Shown piece by piece: positions 22,503 to 34,294 of a DNA stretch of 64,000 nt; within the stretch, counting starts at the first letter, position 1, and every line of letters starts with the position of its first letter. Made by a program: the position numbers and the translations under genes. The DNA is from an uncultured Trueperaceae bacterium. GTDB taxonomy: Bacteria > Deinococcota > Deinococci > Deinococcales > Trueperaceae. A model generated the notes under the pieces. That model did no database searches, had not been told where the DNA came from, and saw nothing but the letters and a program-made list of their open reading frames with translations. Location of the stretch: contig CAVSGP010000002.1 of the NCBI GenBank assembly GCA_963727505.1, forward strand, positions 128,001 to 192,000, read 5' to 3'.

Positions 22503-22892
22503 ATGAGCGACCACGAGGACCGTCGCGAGGGCGCCGCCGGCGCCAGCCAACAGACGCACCACGGCGACAGCTTCACCGAGGAGTTCAAAGTCAGCGGCGA
22601 GGCCGTCGTCTCCAAGATCAAGGAGCTGGTGCGCGAGGGGAACGTTCGCCGCATCATCATCAAGAACGAGGAGGGCAGCACCCTCATCGAGATCCCCCTC
22701 ACCATCGGCGTCATCGGAACCGTGCTGCTGCCCGTGTGGGCGGCGATCGGAGCCATCGCCGCGCTGGCGGCGAACCTCACCATCGCCGTCGAGCGCCGAG
22801 GCGCCGGCACCCCCGACTCCACCGACTCCACCGACTCGACCCCGTCGACGGCGGGCTCCGCGGGCTCGGGCACACCGGAGTTGCCGCGCTGA
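22503..22892 (+). CDS. DUF4342 domain protein
   Basis: EEFKVSG...KIKELVREGNVRRIIIK...LIEIPLTIG..G..L.P..AAIG.IAAL; GAGGAGG RBS. Confidence 0.88.
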   Translation: MSDHEDRREGAAGASQQTHHGDSFTEEFKVSGEAVVSKIKELVREGNVRRIIIKNEEGSTLIEIPLTIGVIGTVLLPVWAAIGAIAALAANLTIAVERRGAGTPDSTDSTDSTPSTAGSAGSGTPELPR

Positions 22893-22926
22893 CGCGCGGC
22901 AGCTGACCATCCCTGGAGGGACGAAC

Positions 22927-23223
22927 ATGGACGACAACGACCGTGGCAAGGAGAACCGCAAGGACGTCTGGGACAACCTGGGCGACACCTTCGAGATGAT
23001 CTGGCGCGCCCTGGGCCGCTTGATCCGCGAGGGCAACCGCCGGCAGCTCGCGCTACGCAACCGCAAGGGGGACGTCATGGTGCGGCTGCCCCTCACCATC
23101 GCCGCGCTGATCGGGCTGTTCCTGCTCTGGAAGCTCTGGCCGCTGCTGCTCCTGCTGCTGATCGTGCTGTTCGCGCTGCGCGGCAGCGTCGTGATCCTGC
23201 GCCGGCAGGCCCCCGAAAGCTGA
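22927..23223 (+). CDS. Divergent DUF4342-like membrane protein (paralog of the preceding gene)
   Basis: [10 protein letters not shown]...VRLPLTIA followed by a very hydrophobic hairpin; GGAGG RBS. Confidence 0.75.
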   Translation: MDDNDRGKENRKDVWDNLGDTFEMIWRALGRLIREGNRRQLALRNRKGDVMVRLPLTIAALIGLFLLWKLWPLLLLLLIVLFALRGSVVILRRQAPES

Positions 23224-23263
23224 GTGTCGGAAGGCGGTCCGCGTCGGCCGACCGGCGCGCACC

Positions 23264-23299
23264 GGTGGCGGGAAGTCTCGCAGGAGGCTTCCCGCCACC
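23264..23299 (+). terminator. Stem-loop ending the DUF4342 operon
   Basis: GGTGGCGGGAAGTCTC-GCAG-GAGGCTTCCCGCCACC: 16-bp stem with one G:U pair; only a short T tail. Confidence 0.7.
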
Positions 23300-23327
23300 T
23301 TCATGGGCATGGGTTCATGGGCATGGG
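23300..23327. repeat. Perfect 14-bp tandem duplication
   Basis: TTCATGGGCATGGG x2. Confidence 0.9.
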
Positions 23328-23546
23328 GCTCGCGCGTCACGCGTCGGGCACGGGCCGCGCGCCGTGGCGAGCTCGCGCTCGGCATTCCCCGGCACCCTGC
23401 CGGGTTGCGGGGGTCTGGTAAACTGTTTCGTTCGACCCGCGACGCCGGTCCCGGCGCCGCGTACGGCGGCGATCGATCCGCCGAGGGAACCCGCACGGCA
23501 GGACCGCCACCACGCAACCCGGTGTGCGGTCACAGCAGGAGGCACC

Positions 23547-26414
<2,868 letters not shown>

Positions 26415-26504
26415 GGCCGCGACCCGCCCGGTGTTGGACGCTCTCATCGCTGCGACCGTTATCCTACGGCGTGGTGAGGATCCCGTGACGAAGGAGCCTT
26501 CCCG

Positions 26505-26993
26505 ATGATCCGTACCGCCCCTGCGCCCCGCAGGATGATCGTCGGCGTGTTCCTGTTCCTGGCGGCCGTGGTGAGCGCGGTGGCGCCCATGCCGGTGCTG
26601 TTCCGTTCGCTGGGGGTGCTCCTGTTCGCATACCTGGCCTTCGCCGAAGCGGGCATGCCGGCGGCCTACCTGACGGCGCTGCTCGCCCCGCTCGGCGGTC
26701 TCGTCAGCGGCGACGCTGCGTGGCTCACGATGCTCCCCATCGTGCTGAGCGCGAACCTGCTGGCGATGCTGGCGCTGGAATGGTCCTGGCCGTATGTCGC
26801 CATCCTCCTCTCCCCACTGCTGGAGGTCGTGCCGATGACCTTCGCGGCGGTGGCGTCGAAGAAGCCGCTGTTCCTGGTGACGCTGCCGTGGGCGGGCGAG
26901 GAGCGCACCTGGATCCTGCTGCACGGCCTGGTGGCCTTCGCCGGCGTGCTGATCGCGATCTACCTCCACCGCAGACGATCCCGGACGACCTGA
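26505..26993 (+). CDS. Hypothetical multi-pass membrane protein
   Basis: AAGGAG RBS; about 5-6 hydrophobic segments. Confidence 0.75.
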   Translation: MIRTAPAPRRMIVGVFLFLAAVVSAVAPMPVLFRSLGVLLFAYLAFAEAGMPAAYLTALLAPLGGLVSGDAAWLTMLPIVLSANLLAMLALEWSWPYVAILLSPLLEVVPMTFAAVASKKPLFLVTLPWAGEERTWILLHGLVAFAGVLIAIYLHRRRSRTT

Positions 26994-27003
26994 GCGCCAC
27001 TCC

Positions 27004-27933
27004 ATGGGCGACGTCCTGCGGCATCCGCTCACGTTTGGTCGCCGGTTGGTCCGTCGCTTCCAGGACGTGCGCCTGCAGATGCTGGCGGCAGCGCTCGCCT
27101 ACTACGCCACCTTCTCGCTCGGACCGCTGCTGTTGCTGCTCGCCGGCTGGCTGGGAGTGCTGCTGCGCACCAACCCTGAGCTCGCCGCACAGTACCGGCG
27201 GGCGCTCGACGACCTGTTGAGCCAGGCGCTGCCGCTGCAGCAGAACACCGCCGGGCTGGTGTCGCACAGCTTCGACACGGTCGTGCAGGAGCTGAACCAG
27301 GGGGCGTTGTTGCGCAGTGCGCTGTCGTTCCTGGTGCTGGTGTGGGCGAGCGGCAACTTCTTCACCTCGCTGCAGCAAGCCCTCGAGGTGGTCTTCGACG
27401 TGCCGCACGTGCGCGGCTTCTGGCGCAAGCGGCTGGTGGCGATGTTGCTGGTCCTCAGCGTCGCGCTCGTGATCGCCTTCGAGGTGGTGGGCGGCGCGCT
27501 GTTGTCGGGCCTCAACGAGCTCTCGCGCGCCCTTGCGACGTGGCTCGCGGGCTTCAACGTCCACCTGCCAGGTCTGCCCCTGGGCGCCCGGACCGGCTTC
27601 GCGTTGGCCAGCACGCGCATCGTGGTGGCGGTGTCGGCGTTCATGCTGACGTTCCGCTACCTGCCTCGCGAGAAGAGCACCTGGGTCGGCGCGCTGCTCG
27701 GGGCGCTCGTCAGCGCCCTGGGGGTGCTGCTCGTGCGCTGGGCGCTACTGCTCACGTTCAACGCCGAACGCTTCAACCTCATCTACGGCTTCATCACCAG
27801 CCTGGTGGCTCTGCTCCTGTGGCTCTACCTGGCGCTGATGCTGTTCCTGGTGGGCGCGCTGGTTGCCGCCGAGCTGAGCGCCTGGAGCCGCGCGGGCGGG
27901 CCGCCGTCCGACCTGAGCGACAGCCCGGGCTGA
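27004..27933 (+). CDS. YihY/virulence factor BrkB family membrane protein
   Basis: AAALAYYATFSLGP, FRYLP, YG.ITSLVALLLWLYL...LVGA. Confidence 0.9.
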   Translation: MGDVLRHPLTFGRRLVRRFQDVRLQMLAAALAYYATFSLGPLLLLLAGWLGVLLRTNPELAAQYRRALDDLLSQALPLQQNTAGLVSHSFDTVVQELNQGALLRSALSFLVLVWASGNFFTSLQQALEVVFDVPHVRGFWRKRLVAMLLVLSVALVIAFEVVGGALLSGLNELSRALATWLAGFNVHLPGLPLGARTGFALASTRIVVAVSAFMLTFRYLPREKSTWVGALLGALVSALGVLLVRWALLLTFNAERFNLIYGFITSLVALLLWLYLALMLFLVGALVAAELSAWSRAGGPPSDLSDSPG

Positions 27934-27980
27934 GGCCGGTGCGACCCGCCGTGGCGCTCTCCAACCTCTACAATCGAAGT

Positions 27981-28631
27981 GTGATACGGCTTCTCGATCG
28001 CCTGGTACGCGGCAAGTGGTTCTACGTGCTGGCCGTCGTGCTGTTCCGCGCCTTCACGCGCCTGTTCTACGGCCTGCGCGTGGAGGACGCTCACAAGGTG
28101 CCGCAGGGCGGCCGCGGGCTGGTGGTGGCCTGCAACCACTTCAGCTCCTGGGATCCGCCCGTGATGGGGGTATCGGTGCCCCGCGAGATCCACTTCATGG
28201 CCAAGAAGGAGCTCTTCGAGAGCACCGGCGGCGCCCTGCTGATGCACGGGCTGCGCGCCTTCCCCGTCGACCGGACCACCAACGATATCGGCGCCATCAA
28301 GGACGCGCTGCGCCAGCTCCGGGGCGGCCTGGCCATCGGCATCTTCGCCCAGGGCACCCGCAACAGCGGGGACAAGGAGGCCCTCGACGGCGCCGCCTAC
28401 CTTGCACAGCGCGCCGGCGTGCCCCTGCAGCCGGCAGCGGTGTGGCGGGAGGGGCGGACCTTCCACGTGCGCTTCGGCGACCCGATCGAAGCGGGCGGAC
28501 GGAAGCGCGAGGACGCCCGCCGGATGACCCGCGAGCTGATGGCGCGCGTGAACGCCATGTTGCCGTCCAGGACACCACTTCTGCAGGAGGATGAGGCACC
28601 CGCCGACGAGCGCGAGGTCGTCTCCGGATAG
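27981..28631 (+). CDS. plsC: 1-acyl-sn-glycerol-3-phosphate acyltransferase
   Basis: NHFSSWD (HX4D), FMAKKELF, FPVDR, IFAQGTR; leaderless TACAAT-6-GTG. Confidence 0.88.
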   Translation: MIRLLDRLVRGKWFYVLAVVLFRAFTRLFYGLRVEDAHKVPQGGRGLVVACNHFSSWDPPVMGVSVPREIHFMAKKELFESTGGALLMHGLRAFPVDRTTNDIGAIKDALRQLRGGLAIGIFAQGTRNSGDKEALDGAAYLAQRAGVPLQPAAVWREGRTFHVRFGDPIEAGGRKREDARRMTRELMARVNAMLPSRTPLLQEDEAPADEREVVSG

Positions 28632-28685
28632 GCTCGTCCACAGCGGCACTTCCGCGTGAAAAATCCGATAAACCCCGTGACAGAC

Positions 28686-28714
28686 TTGCTCTTCTAGCAC
28701 CCTTCTGCTACAGT
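28686..28714 (+). promoter_or_regulatory. Promoter of hup
   Basis: TTGCTC-17-TACAGT with extended -10 TG. Confidence 0.6.
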
Positions 28715-28750
28715 GCACGCAAGCTCAAGGATTCGAGGAGGAGGAGTCGA

Positions 28751-29044
28751 ATGGCCAAGGCAAAGACCGTGTCCAAGGCGGACCTCGTCGATATGGTAGC
28801 CGACGAGACCGGAATGAAGAAGAAGGACGTCAAGGAAGTCATGGACACCATGCTGGGCAAGATCAGCACGCACCTGGACAACAACTTCAAGGTGCAGCTG
28901 ACCGGTTTCGGCACCTTCGAGGTCCGTCGCCGCAAGGCGCGTACCGGTGTCAAGCCCGGGACCACCGAGAAGATCAAGATCCCGGCCAGCAAGTACCCTG
29001 CCTTCAAGCCCGGCAAGAGCCTCAAGGAGCGCGTGCGCCAGTAA
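28751..29044 (+). CDS. hup: Histone-like DNA-binding protein HU
   Basis: VQLTGFGTFEVR.RKARTGVKPGT.EKIKIPA..YPAFKPGK; GVKP variant of Deinococcus-Thermus; strong RBS. Confidence 0.96.
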   Translation: MAKAKTVSKADLVDMVADETGMKKKDVKEVMDTMLGKISTHLDNNFKVQLTGFGTFEVRRRKARTGVKPGTTEKIKIPASKYPAFKPGKSLKERVRQ

Positions 29045-29084
29045 GCTCTCCTCCGGCACGAAGAAGACGAACACCAGAACGAAC

Positions 29085-29113
29085 AGGGGCGGCCCCGCGG
29101 GGTCGCCCCTTCT
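29085..29113 (+). terminator. Hairpin downstream of hup
   Basis: AGGGGCGGCCC-CGCG-GGGTCGCCCCT followed by TCT. Confidence 0.65.
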
Positions 29114-29174
29114 CCATCCCGGCGCCCAGCGGCGGGCGCCGCCTGGAGGCGGGCAGCGCCTCAGCGGCGCGACT

Positions 29175-29558
29175 TCAGCCACCCCGCTGCCACAGGTCGC
29201 TCGCCAGCCAGGCCAGCGCACCGAGCACCAACGCTCCATCGAGCAGGCCTACCGGCACCGCACCTCGACCGAGCGCGTGGAAGACCATCGCGAGGATGCC
29301 GGTGGCGACCACCAGCACCACGAAGCCGTTGCGCGCGGCTCGATCGGCGATCTCGCGGCCCCGTTCGTCGCGCCGGACGACCGCTCCGTTGGCGCCGGTG
29401 AGGTAGCGGCCACTACGCCGGGCCACCATCAGAACGACGAAGCTCAGGCCCCCGAAGACGCCGGCCAGGTACCAGGAGCCACCCACGAGCCCGGCCAGGG
29501 CGGCCAGCGCGGTGGCAACGAGCAGGCGGATCGCCACATTCCGGACGGACATGTTCAT
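29175..29558 (-). CDS. Small membrane protein (DUF2178-like)
   Basis: 4 TM; RDER...I..RAAR..F motif; ATGA overlap with the HTH gene. Confidence 0.7.
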   Translation of the reverse strand: MNMSVRNVAIRLLVATALAALAGLVGGSWYLAGVFGGLSFVVLMVARRSGRYLTGANGAVVRRDERGREIADRAARNGFVVLVVATGILAMVFHALGRGAVPVGLLDGALVLGALAWLASDLWQRGG

Positions 29559-29827
29559 GCCGCTTCCCCTTCCGCTCGGTCGAGCCAGAACAGGCGCTCG
29601 ACCGCGATCGACAGCTCCTGGGCCAGGAGGAGCGCCAGCGCCACCGAGGGCACGTACCCCCCGCGCTCGATGGAGATGATGGTCTGCCGGGTGACGCCGA
29701 CCCGCTCCGCCAGCGCGGCCTGGGTGAGCTCGGCCGCGGTGCGCCGCTCGCGCACGCCGTTGCGAAGCCCGCCTTCGCGCGGCGAGCGGTTGCGTGGCGG
29801 AGAGGGGGATCGGCGTGCGCTCCTCAT
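29555..29827 (-). CDS. XRE/Cro-family HTH transcriptional regulator
   Basis: LTQAALAERVGVTRQTIISIERGGYVPSVALAL..VE.LF. Confidence 0.9.
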   Translation of the reverse strand: MRSARRSPSPPRNRSPREGGLRNGVRERRTAAELTQAALAERVGVTRQTIISIERGGYVPSVALALLLAQELSIAVERLFWLDRAEGEAA

Positions 29828-29878
29828 GTCAAAGATACTTTACATTCGCACCCCCTGAATGTCAAGGGGCTTTTACAT
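29826..29878 (-). promoter_or_regulatory. Promoter with twin palindromic operators
   Basis: TTGACA-17-TAAAGT-9-ATG; operators ATGTCAAAGATACTTTACAT (29826-29845) and ATGTCAAGGGGCTTTTACAT (29859-29878). Confidence 0.85.
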
Positions 29879-29961
29879 TCTCGGGCGGCGGCGCCGTCGT
29901 CGGCGCGCGACCGTCGCTCGGAGGCGCACCGAAAGCGCGAACACGGGTATAGCATGGGCGC

Positions 29962-30705
29962 GTGGGTCTCCTCGACATGGTCGGCCCGGTCATGGTGGGG
30001 CCGTCGAGTTCGCACACGGCCGGCGCCTGCCGGCTGGCGCTGCTGGCGCGGCACACGCTGATCGACCCGCCACGACGCGCGCGTGTCACTCTGCACGGCT
30101 CGTTCGCCAAGACGGCGCACGGGCACGGCACCGACGTGGCGTTGACGGGCGGGCTACTGGGGTTCTTCCCCGACGATCCCCGTATCCCCGACGCATTCGC
30201 CCAGGCCGAGGCGGCGGGGCTCGTGCTCACCTTCGAGACCGCCGACCTCGGCGACGTGCACCCCAACACCGTGCGCCTGGAGTTGTCGAACGACGACGAG
30301 GCGCTCGAGGTGACCGGCTCGAGCCTCGGGGCCGGCATGGTGCGCATGTTCAACGTGCGCGGCTTCGAGGTGAACGTCACCGGCGCCTACCACACGCTGC
30401 TGGTGCTGCATGACGACAAGCCCGGCATCATCGCGCGCGTTGCGCGCGTGATCGCCGACGACGAAGGCAACGTTGCCACCCTGCACTCGGCCCGGCGCAA
30501 GCGCGGCGGGCTGGCGCTGATGTCGATCGAGATCGATCGGCGCCTGGCACAGTACGCGCTCGACTACCTCACGCACGTGCCCTACATCCACTGGCTGCGC
30601 ATGCTGCCCGAGGTGATGAGCGGCGAGGACGTGGAGGTCGGCGCAGAGGTCGGCGCAGAGGTCGGCGCGGAGGTCGGCGCCGGGGCCGACGCGGAGACGT
30701 CGTGA
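29962..30705 (+). CDS. sdaAB: L-serine dehydratase beta subunit (with ACT domain)
   Basis: [31 protein letters not shown]-terminal ACT (DKPGII). Confidence 0.93.
   Translation: MGLLDMVGPVMVGPSSSHTAGACRLALLARHTLIDPPRRARVTLHGSFAKTAHGHGTDVALTGGLLGFFPDDPRIPDAFAQAEAAGLVLTFETADLGDVHPNTVRLELSNDDEALEVTGSSLGAGMVRMFNVRGFEVNVTGAYHTLLVLHDDKPGIIARVARVIADDEGNVATLHSARRKRGGLALMSIEIDRRLAQYALDYLTHVPYIHWLRMLPEVMSGEDVEVGAEVGAEVGAEVGAGADAETS
30634..30681. repeat. 12-bp coding tandem repeat x4 (EVGA)
   Basis: GAGGTCGGCGC(A/G/C) x4. Confidence 0.9.
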
Positions 30706-31544
30706 CCCTCGCGGAGCTGGCCGCCGCTCCCGGCAGGGCCTCGGAACTGGCGCTCGCCGACGAGGTCGGCGCCGATCGCGCCGAACGCGAGCGGGTTCTG
30801 ACGGGTATGCGCGAGCGCATCCGGGCGATGCGCGACTCGATCGAGCGCGGACTCGCCTCCGAGGAGCCCAGCCGTACCGGCATGGTGGGCTGGAACGCCA
30901 AGGGGTTGTGGGAGGCCGACGACGCCCTCCGGACGCCCCTGCTCAAGCGCGTCCAGGCCTACGCCATGGCCGTCAACGAGGAGAACGCCCGCATGGGACG
31001 GATCGTGGCGGCCCCCACCGCCGGCAGCGCCGGCACCGTTCCCGGCGCCCTGCTGGGCGTCGCCGACCATCTGGGCCTCGATGACGACGCTCTGGTCCTG
31101 CCGCTGGTGCTCGCAGCGGCCGTCGGCGACGCCATCCAGGCGAAGATGTTCATCGCCGGCTCGACCGGCGGCTGTCAGGCCGAGATCGGCTCGTCCGCCG
31201 CCATGGCGGCGGCGGCCGTCACCGAGCTCCTGGGGGGCGACGCCCACGCCAGCATCCAGGCAGCTGCCATGGCCCTCATGAACACCATCGGCCTTGTGTG
31301 CGATCCCGTGGGCGGCTACGTCGAAGTGCCGTGCGTGTCCCGCAACGCCTTCTACAGCGTGCACGCCGTCAGCTCGGCCCAGCTCGCACTGGCCGGCCTG
31401 ACCTCGGTCATCCCACCGGACGAGGTGGTGCAGGCGATGGCGTCGGTCGGCCGGATGCTGCCTCCGGAGCTACGGGAGACCGGCGAGGGCGGCATCGCCG
31501 ACACCGAGACCGGCCGCCGCATCGCACTCAAGCTGGCCCGCTGA
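30702..31544 (+). CDS. sdaAA: L-serine dehydratase alpha subunit (Fe-S)
   Basis: [45 protein letters not shown] overlap with sdaAB. Confidence 0.95.
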   Translation: MTLAELAAAPGRASELALADEVGADRAERERVLTGMRERIRAMRDSIERGLASEEPSRTGMVGWNAKGLWEADDALRTPLLKRVQAYAMAVNEENARMGRIVAAPTAGSAGTVPGALLGVADHLGLDDDALVLPLVLAAAVGDAIQAKMFIAGSTGGCQAEIGSSAAMAAAAVTELLGGDAHASIQAAAMALMNTIGLVCDPVGGYVEVPCVSRNAFYSVHAVSSAQLALAGLTSVIPPDEVVQAMASVGRMLPPELRETGEGGIADTETGRRIALKLAR

Positions 31545-31700
31545 GACGGCGCTCGCGGTCTCGCGGGGCGCGCGGACGTGTCGGCCGCGGTACCCGGGCG
31601 ACCTGTCGCGTCGCGTAGCTTCGCGTGACGGGGCCCGCGCTCGGCGCGCCCCGCTGAACGTCCCCGTTCGCACGCTCCCCGTGAGGAGGTGGACGCCGCA

Positions 31701-33101
31701 ATGGACCGCCCACGCGTGATCATCGTCGGAGCCGGGTTCGCGGGCTTGAACGCCGCGAAGGAGTTGAAGGACGCACCCGTCGACGTACTGATCGTTGACC
31801 AGCACAACTACCACACCTTCCAGCCGCTGCTCTACCAGGTGGCCACCGCCGGCCTCGACGTCAGCGACGTAGCCCACCAGGTGCGCACCATCTTCCGGCG
31901 CCAGGGCAACCTGCGCTTCCGCCAGGGCACCGTTTCCGGCGTCGACTGGGACGCCGGGGAGCTCGAGCTCGCCGACGGCGACCGGCTGGCGTTCGACTCC
32001 CTCATCCTCGCCGCCGGCGCGATCTACGACGACTTCGGCGTCCCCGGCGTGAAGCGCTACGGTTACATGATCAAGAGCGTCTCGGAGGCGAACACCCTGC
32101 GCAGCCACATCCTGCGCCGCTTCGAGCGCGCCAGCGCCGACCCGTCGCAGATCGAGGAGGGTGCGTTGACCTTCGTTCTGGTCGGAGCGGGACCGACCGG
32201 CGTGGAGATGGCGGGAGCCCTGGTGGAGCTCTTCGACCGGGTGGTGCCGCTCGACTTCCCGGAGCTCGACGCCTCCAAGGCGCGCGTCGTCATGCTCGAG
32301 ATGACCGACAGGGTGCTCCCGCCCTTCGGCGCGCGCTCGCAGCGCTACGCCGAACGGGTGCTGCGGCGGCGCGGCGTGGACGTGCGCCTGGGCGCCAAGG
32401 TCGCGGAGGTCCACGAGACCGAAGTGGTGCTCGACTCCGGCGAGACCATCCCGACCCACACGCTCATCTGGGTCGCCGGCGTGCGCGGCCACCCGCTGGT
32501 CGAGGCGCTAGGGCTCGAGCTCGGCAAGGGTTATCGCGTCCCCACCCGGGACGACCTCAGCCTCCCCGACCACCCTGACGTGTTCGCCGTCGGTGACCTC
32601 TCTGGCGCCGTCGACGAGCAGGGCGACCCCTACCCGCAAGTGGCGCAGGTGGCCATCCAGCAGGGGCGCCATGCGGCCCGCATGGTGCGGCGCTCGCTGG
32701 ACGGCGAGCCGCGCCAGCGCTTCCACTACGCCGACCGCGGCATGATGGCCATCGTGGGGCGCAACGCCGGCATCGCCGAGCTCACGCGCCGCTTCGGCGG
32801 GTTGAAGCTGCGCGGCTTCGTGGGATGGCTTGGGTGGCTGTTCCTCCACCTGCTCTACCTGCCAGGCTTCAAGAACCGCGTCAGCACCCTCGTGAACTGG
32901 ATCTACAACTACCTGACCTACGAGCGCCACGCCCGCCTGATCCTGGAGTCGGCCCCGTCGCCGGCCGAGGTGGCCGACCGCGAGGGCACGCTCACCACGC
33001 AGGAGGAGGCTCTGGGCGCGCCGCCGGCAAACCGCAAGAGCGTTCCGGGTCGCCCGCAGGTCGCTCCGGAGCACGACGTCAGCGACGGCGAAGACGGCTA
33101 G
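31701..33101 (+). CDS. ndh: Type II NADH:quinone oxidoreductase
   Basis: GAGFAG, FQPLLYQVAT, GAGPTGVEMAG, GD, AQVAIQQG; GAGGAGG RBS. Confidence 0.92.
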   Translation: MDRPRVIIVGAGFAGLNAAKELKDAPVDVLIVDQHNYHTFQPLLYQVATAGLDVSDVAHQVRTIFRRQGNLRFRQGTVSGVDWDAGELELADGDRLAFDSLILAAGAIYDDFGVPGVKRYGYMIKSVSEANTLRSHILRRFERASADPSQIEEGALTFVLVGAGPTGVEMAGALVELFDRVVPLDFPELDASKARVVMLEMTDRVLPPFGARSQRYAERVLRRRGVDVRLGAKVAEVHETEVVLDSGETIPTHTLIWVAGVRGHPLVEALGLELGKGYRVPTRDDLSLPDHPDVFAVGDLSGAVDEQGDPYPQVAQVAIQQGRHAARMVRRSLDGEPRQRFHYADRGMMAIVGRNAGIAELTRRFGGLKLRGFVGWLGWLFLHLLYLPGFKNRVSTLVNWIYNYLTYERHARLILESAPSPAEVADREGTLTTQEEALGAPPANRKSVPGRPQVAPEHDVSDGEDG

Positions 33102-33178
33102 CGGAAACCCGCGAAGGCCTGAATCGCGACGGCGACAGGCAGTCCGGGAGCTGCTGGCGCCGCTGGTAGGATGACGCC

Positions 33179-33994
33179 ATGCTCAGCAGCGACCCTCGCA
33201 CCCCCTTCTTGCACGTGGCCATCCGCGCCGCCCGCGAAGCGGCCCGGATCCAGCTGGCCCACCTCGGCAGCGAGCTCGAGGTCGACACCAAGTCCAGCGA
33301 GGTCGACATCGTCACGCAGGTCGATCACCTGTGCGAGGCCCGCATCCGGGAGGTGCTGCTGGGGGACTACCCCGACCACACCGTGCTCGGCGAGGAGGAG
33401 GGCGAGGAGCGCGGTCGAGCCGACGGGGAGCGCTACCGCTGGATCGTCGACCCGCTCGACGGCACCGTGAACTACGCCCACGGCTTCCCCTTCTTCTGCG
33501 TCTCGATCGCGCTGGAGATCGACGGCCGCGTCGAGGTGGGCGTGGTGCTCGACGGCTGGGGCGACGAGCTCTTCACCGCCGTGGCCGGCCGGGGCGCCGC
33601 GCTCAACGGCCGGCCCTTGCGCGTGAGCCGCGAGACCGTTCCTAAGCGCGCGTTGCTCGGGACCGGCTTCGCCTACGTCGACGACACCATCCACCGCAAC
33701 CTCGAGGTGTTCGCCCGCATGATGCAGCAGGTGCAGTCGATCCGCCGGCCGGGCGCGGCTGCGCTCGACCTGTGCTCGGTGGCCGCCGGTCGCCTCGACG
33801 GCTTCTGGGAGCTCGGTCTGCGCCCGTGGGACGTCGCGGCCGGGAACCTGATCGTGCAAGAGGCGGGGGGCACGGTCACCGCCGCCGACGGCAGCCCCTA
33901 CCGGTTGGGCGGGCCTACCCTGGTCGCCAGCAACGGCCACCTGCACGGCAAGATGCTCTCCATGCTGGACCTCGGCTCCGCCGTGGCGGGGTGA
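33179..33994 (+). CDS. suhB: Inositol monophosphatase family protein
   Basis: GEE, WIVDPLDGTVNY, RRPGAAALDL, PWDVAAG; leaderless TAGGAT-6-ATG. Confidence 0.9.
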   Translation: MLSSDPRTPFLHVAIRAAREAARIQLAHLGSELEVDTKSSEVDIVTQVDHLCEARIREVLLGDYPDHTVLGEEEGEERGRADGERYRWIVDPLDGTVNYAHGFPFFCVSIALEIDGRVEVGVVLDGWGDELFTAVAGRGAALNGRPLRVSRETVPKRALLGTGFAYVDDTIHRNLEVFARMMQQVQSIRRPGAAALDLCSVAAGRLDGFWELGLRPWDVAAGNLIVQEAGGTVTAADGSPYRLGGPTLVASNGHLHGKMLSMLDLGSAVAG

Positions 33995-34236
33995 GGACCG
34001 GCGACGGGGCGCCATCCGTGGACGAACGCGTGGCCCTGAGCGCGTTGCTTCGGCGCGCGGCCAGTCGGCGTGGACGCGTGCGACTCGTGTACGGAAGCGT
34101 GCCCTACCTGGTGGAGGTGCTCGCCTTCGACGGCAAGCTCGTCACCGGCGCGAGTGAAGAGCGCGGCGTGCTGCGTTTCCGGCTCGAGCTGGTGCGCGAG
34201 GCGACCGAACTGCCGTCGAGCGATCCGCTGTTCTAG
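33991..34236 (+). CDS. Small protein with WYL-like (SH3/Sm-type) pattern
   Basis: GTGA overlap with the suhB stop; LLRRAASRRGRVRLVY..VEVLAF..LVTG..EERG.LRFRLELVREA. Confidence 0.55.
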   Translation: MRTGDGAPSVDERVALSALLRRAASRRGRVRLVYGSVPYLVEVLAFDGKLVTGASEERGVLRFRLELVREATELPSSDPLF

Positions 34237-34294
34237 CGCGGGCGCCGGCAGGCACGGCCCCGCGGGAGCCACGCGGCCCCGCCGTGCCCGCCGC

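Noticed and set aside
23400..23546. Deinococcal RDRM/SOS box or riboswitch upstream of uvrA
   Set aside because: A -10 (TAAACT, 23419) and a leader of about 115 nt are present, but I see no convincing palindrome or aptamer motif.
26471..26488. Five-codon leaderless micro-ORF after TATCCT
   Set aside because: Too short to distinguish from chance; the downstream gene has its own SD.
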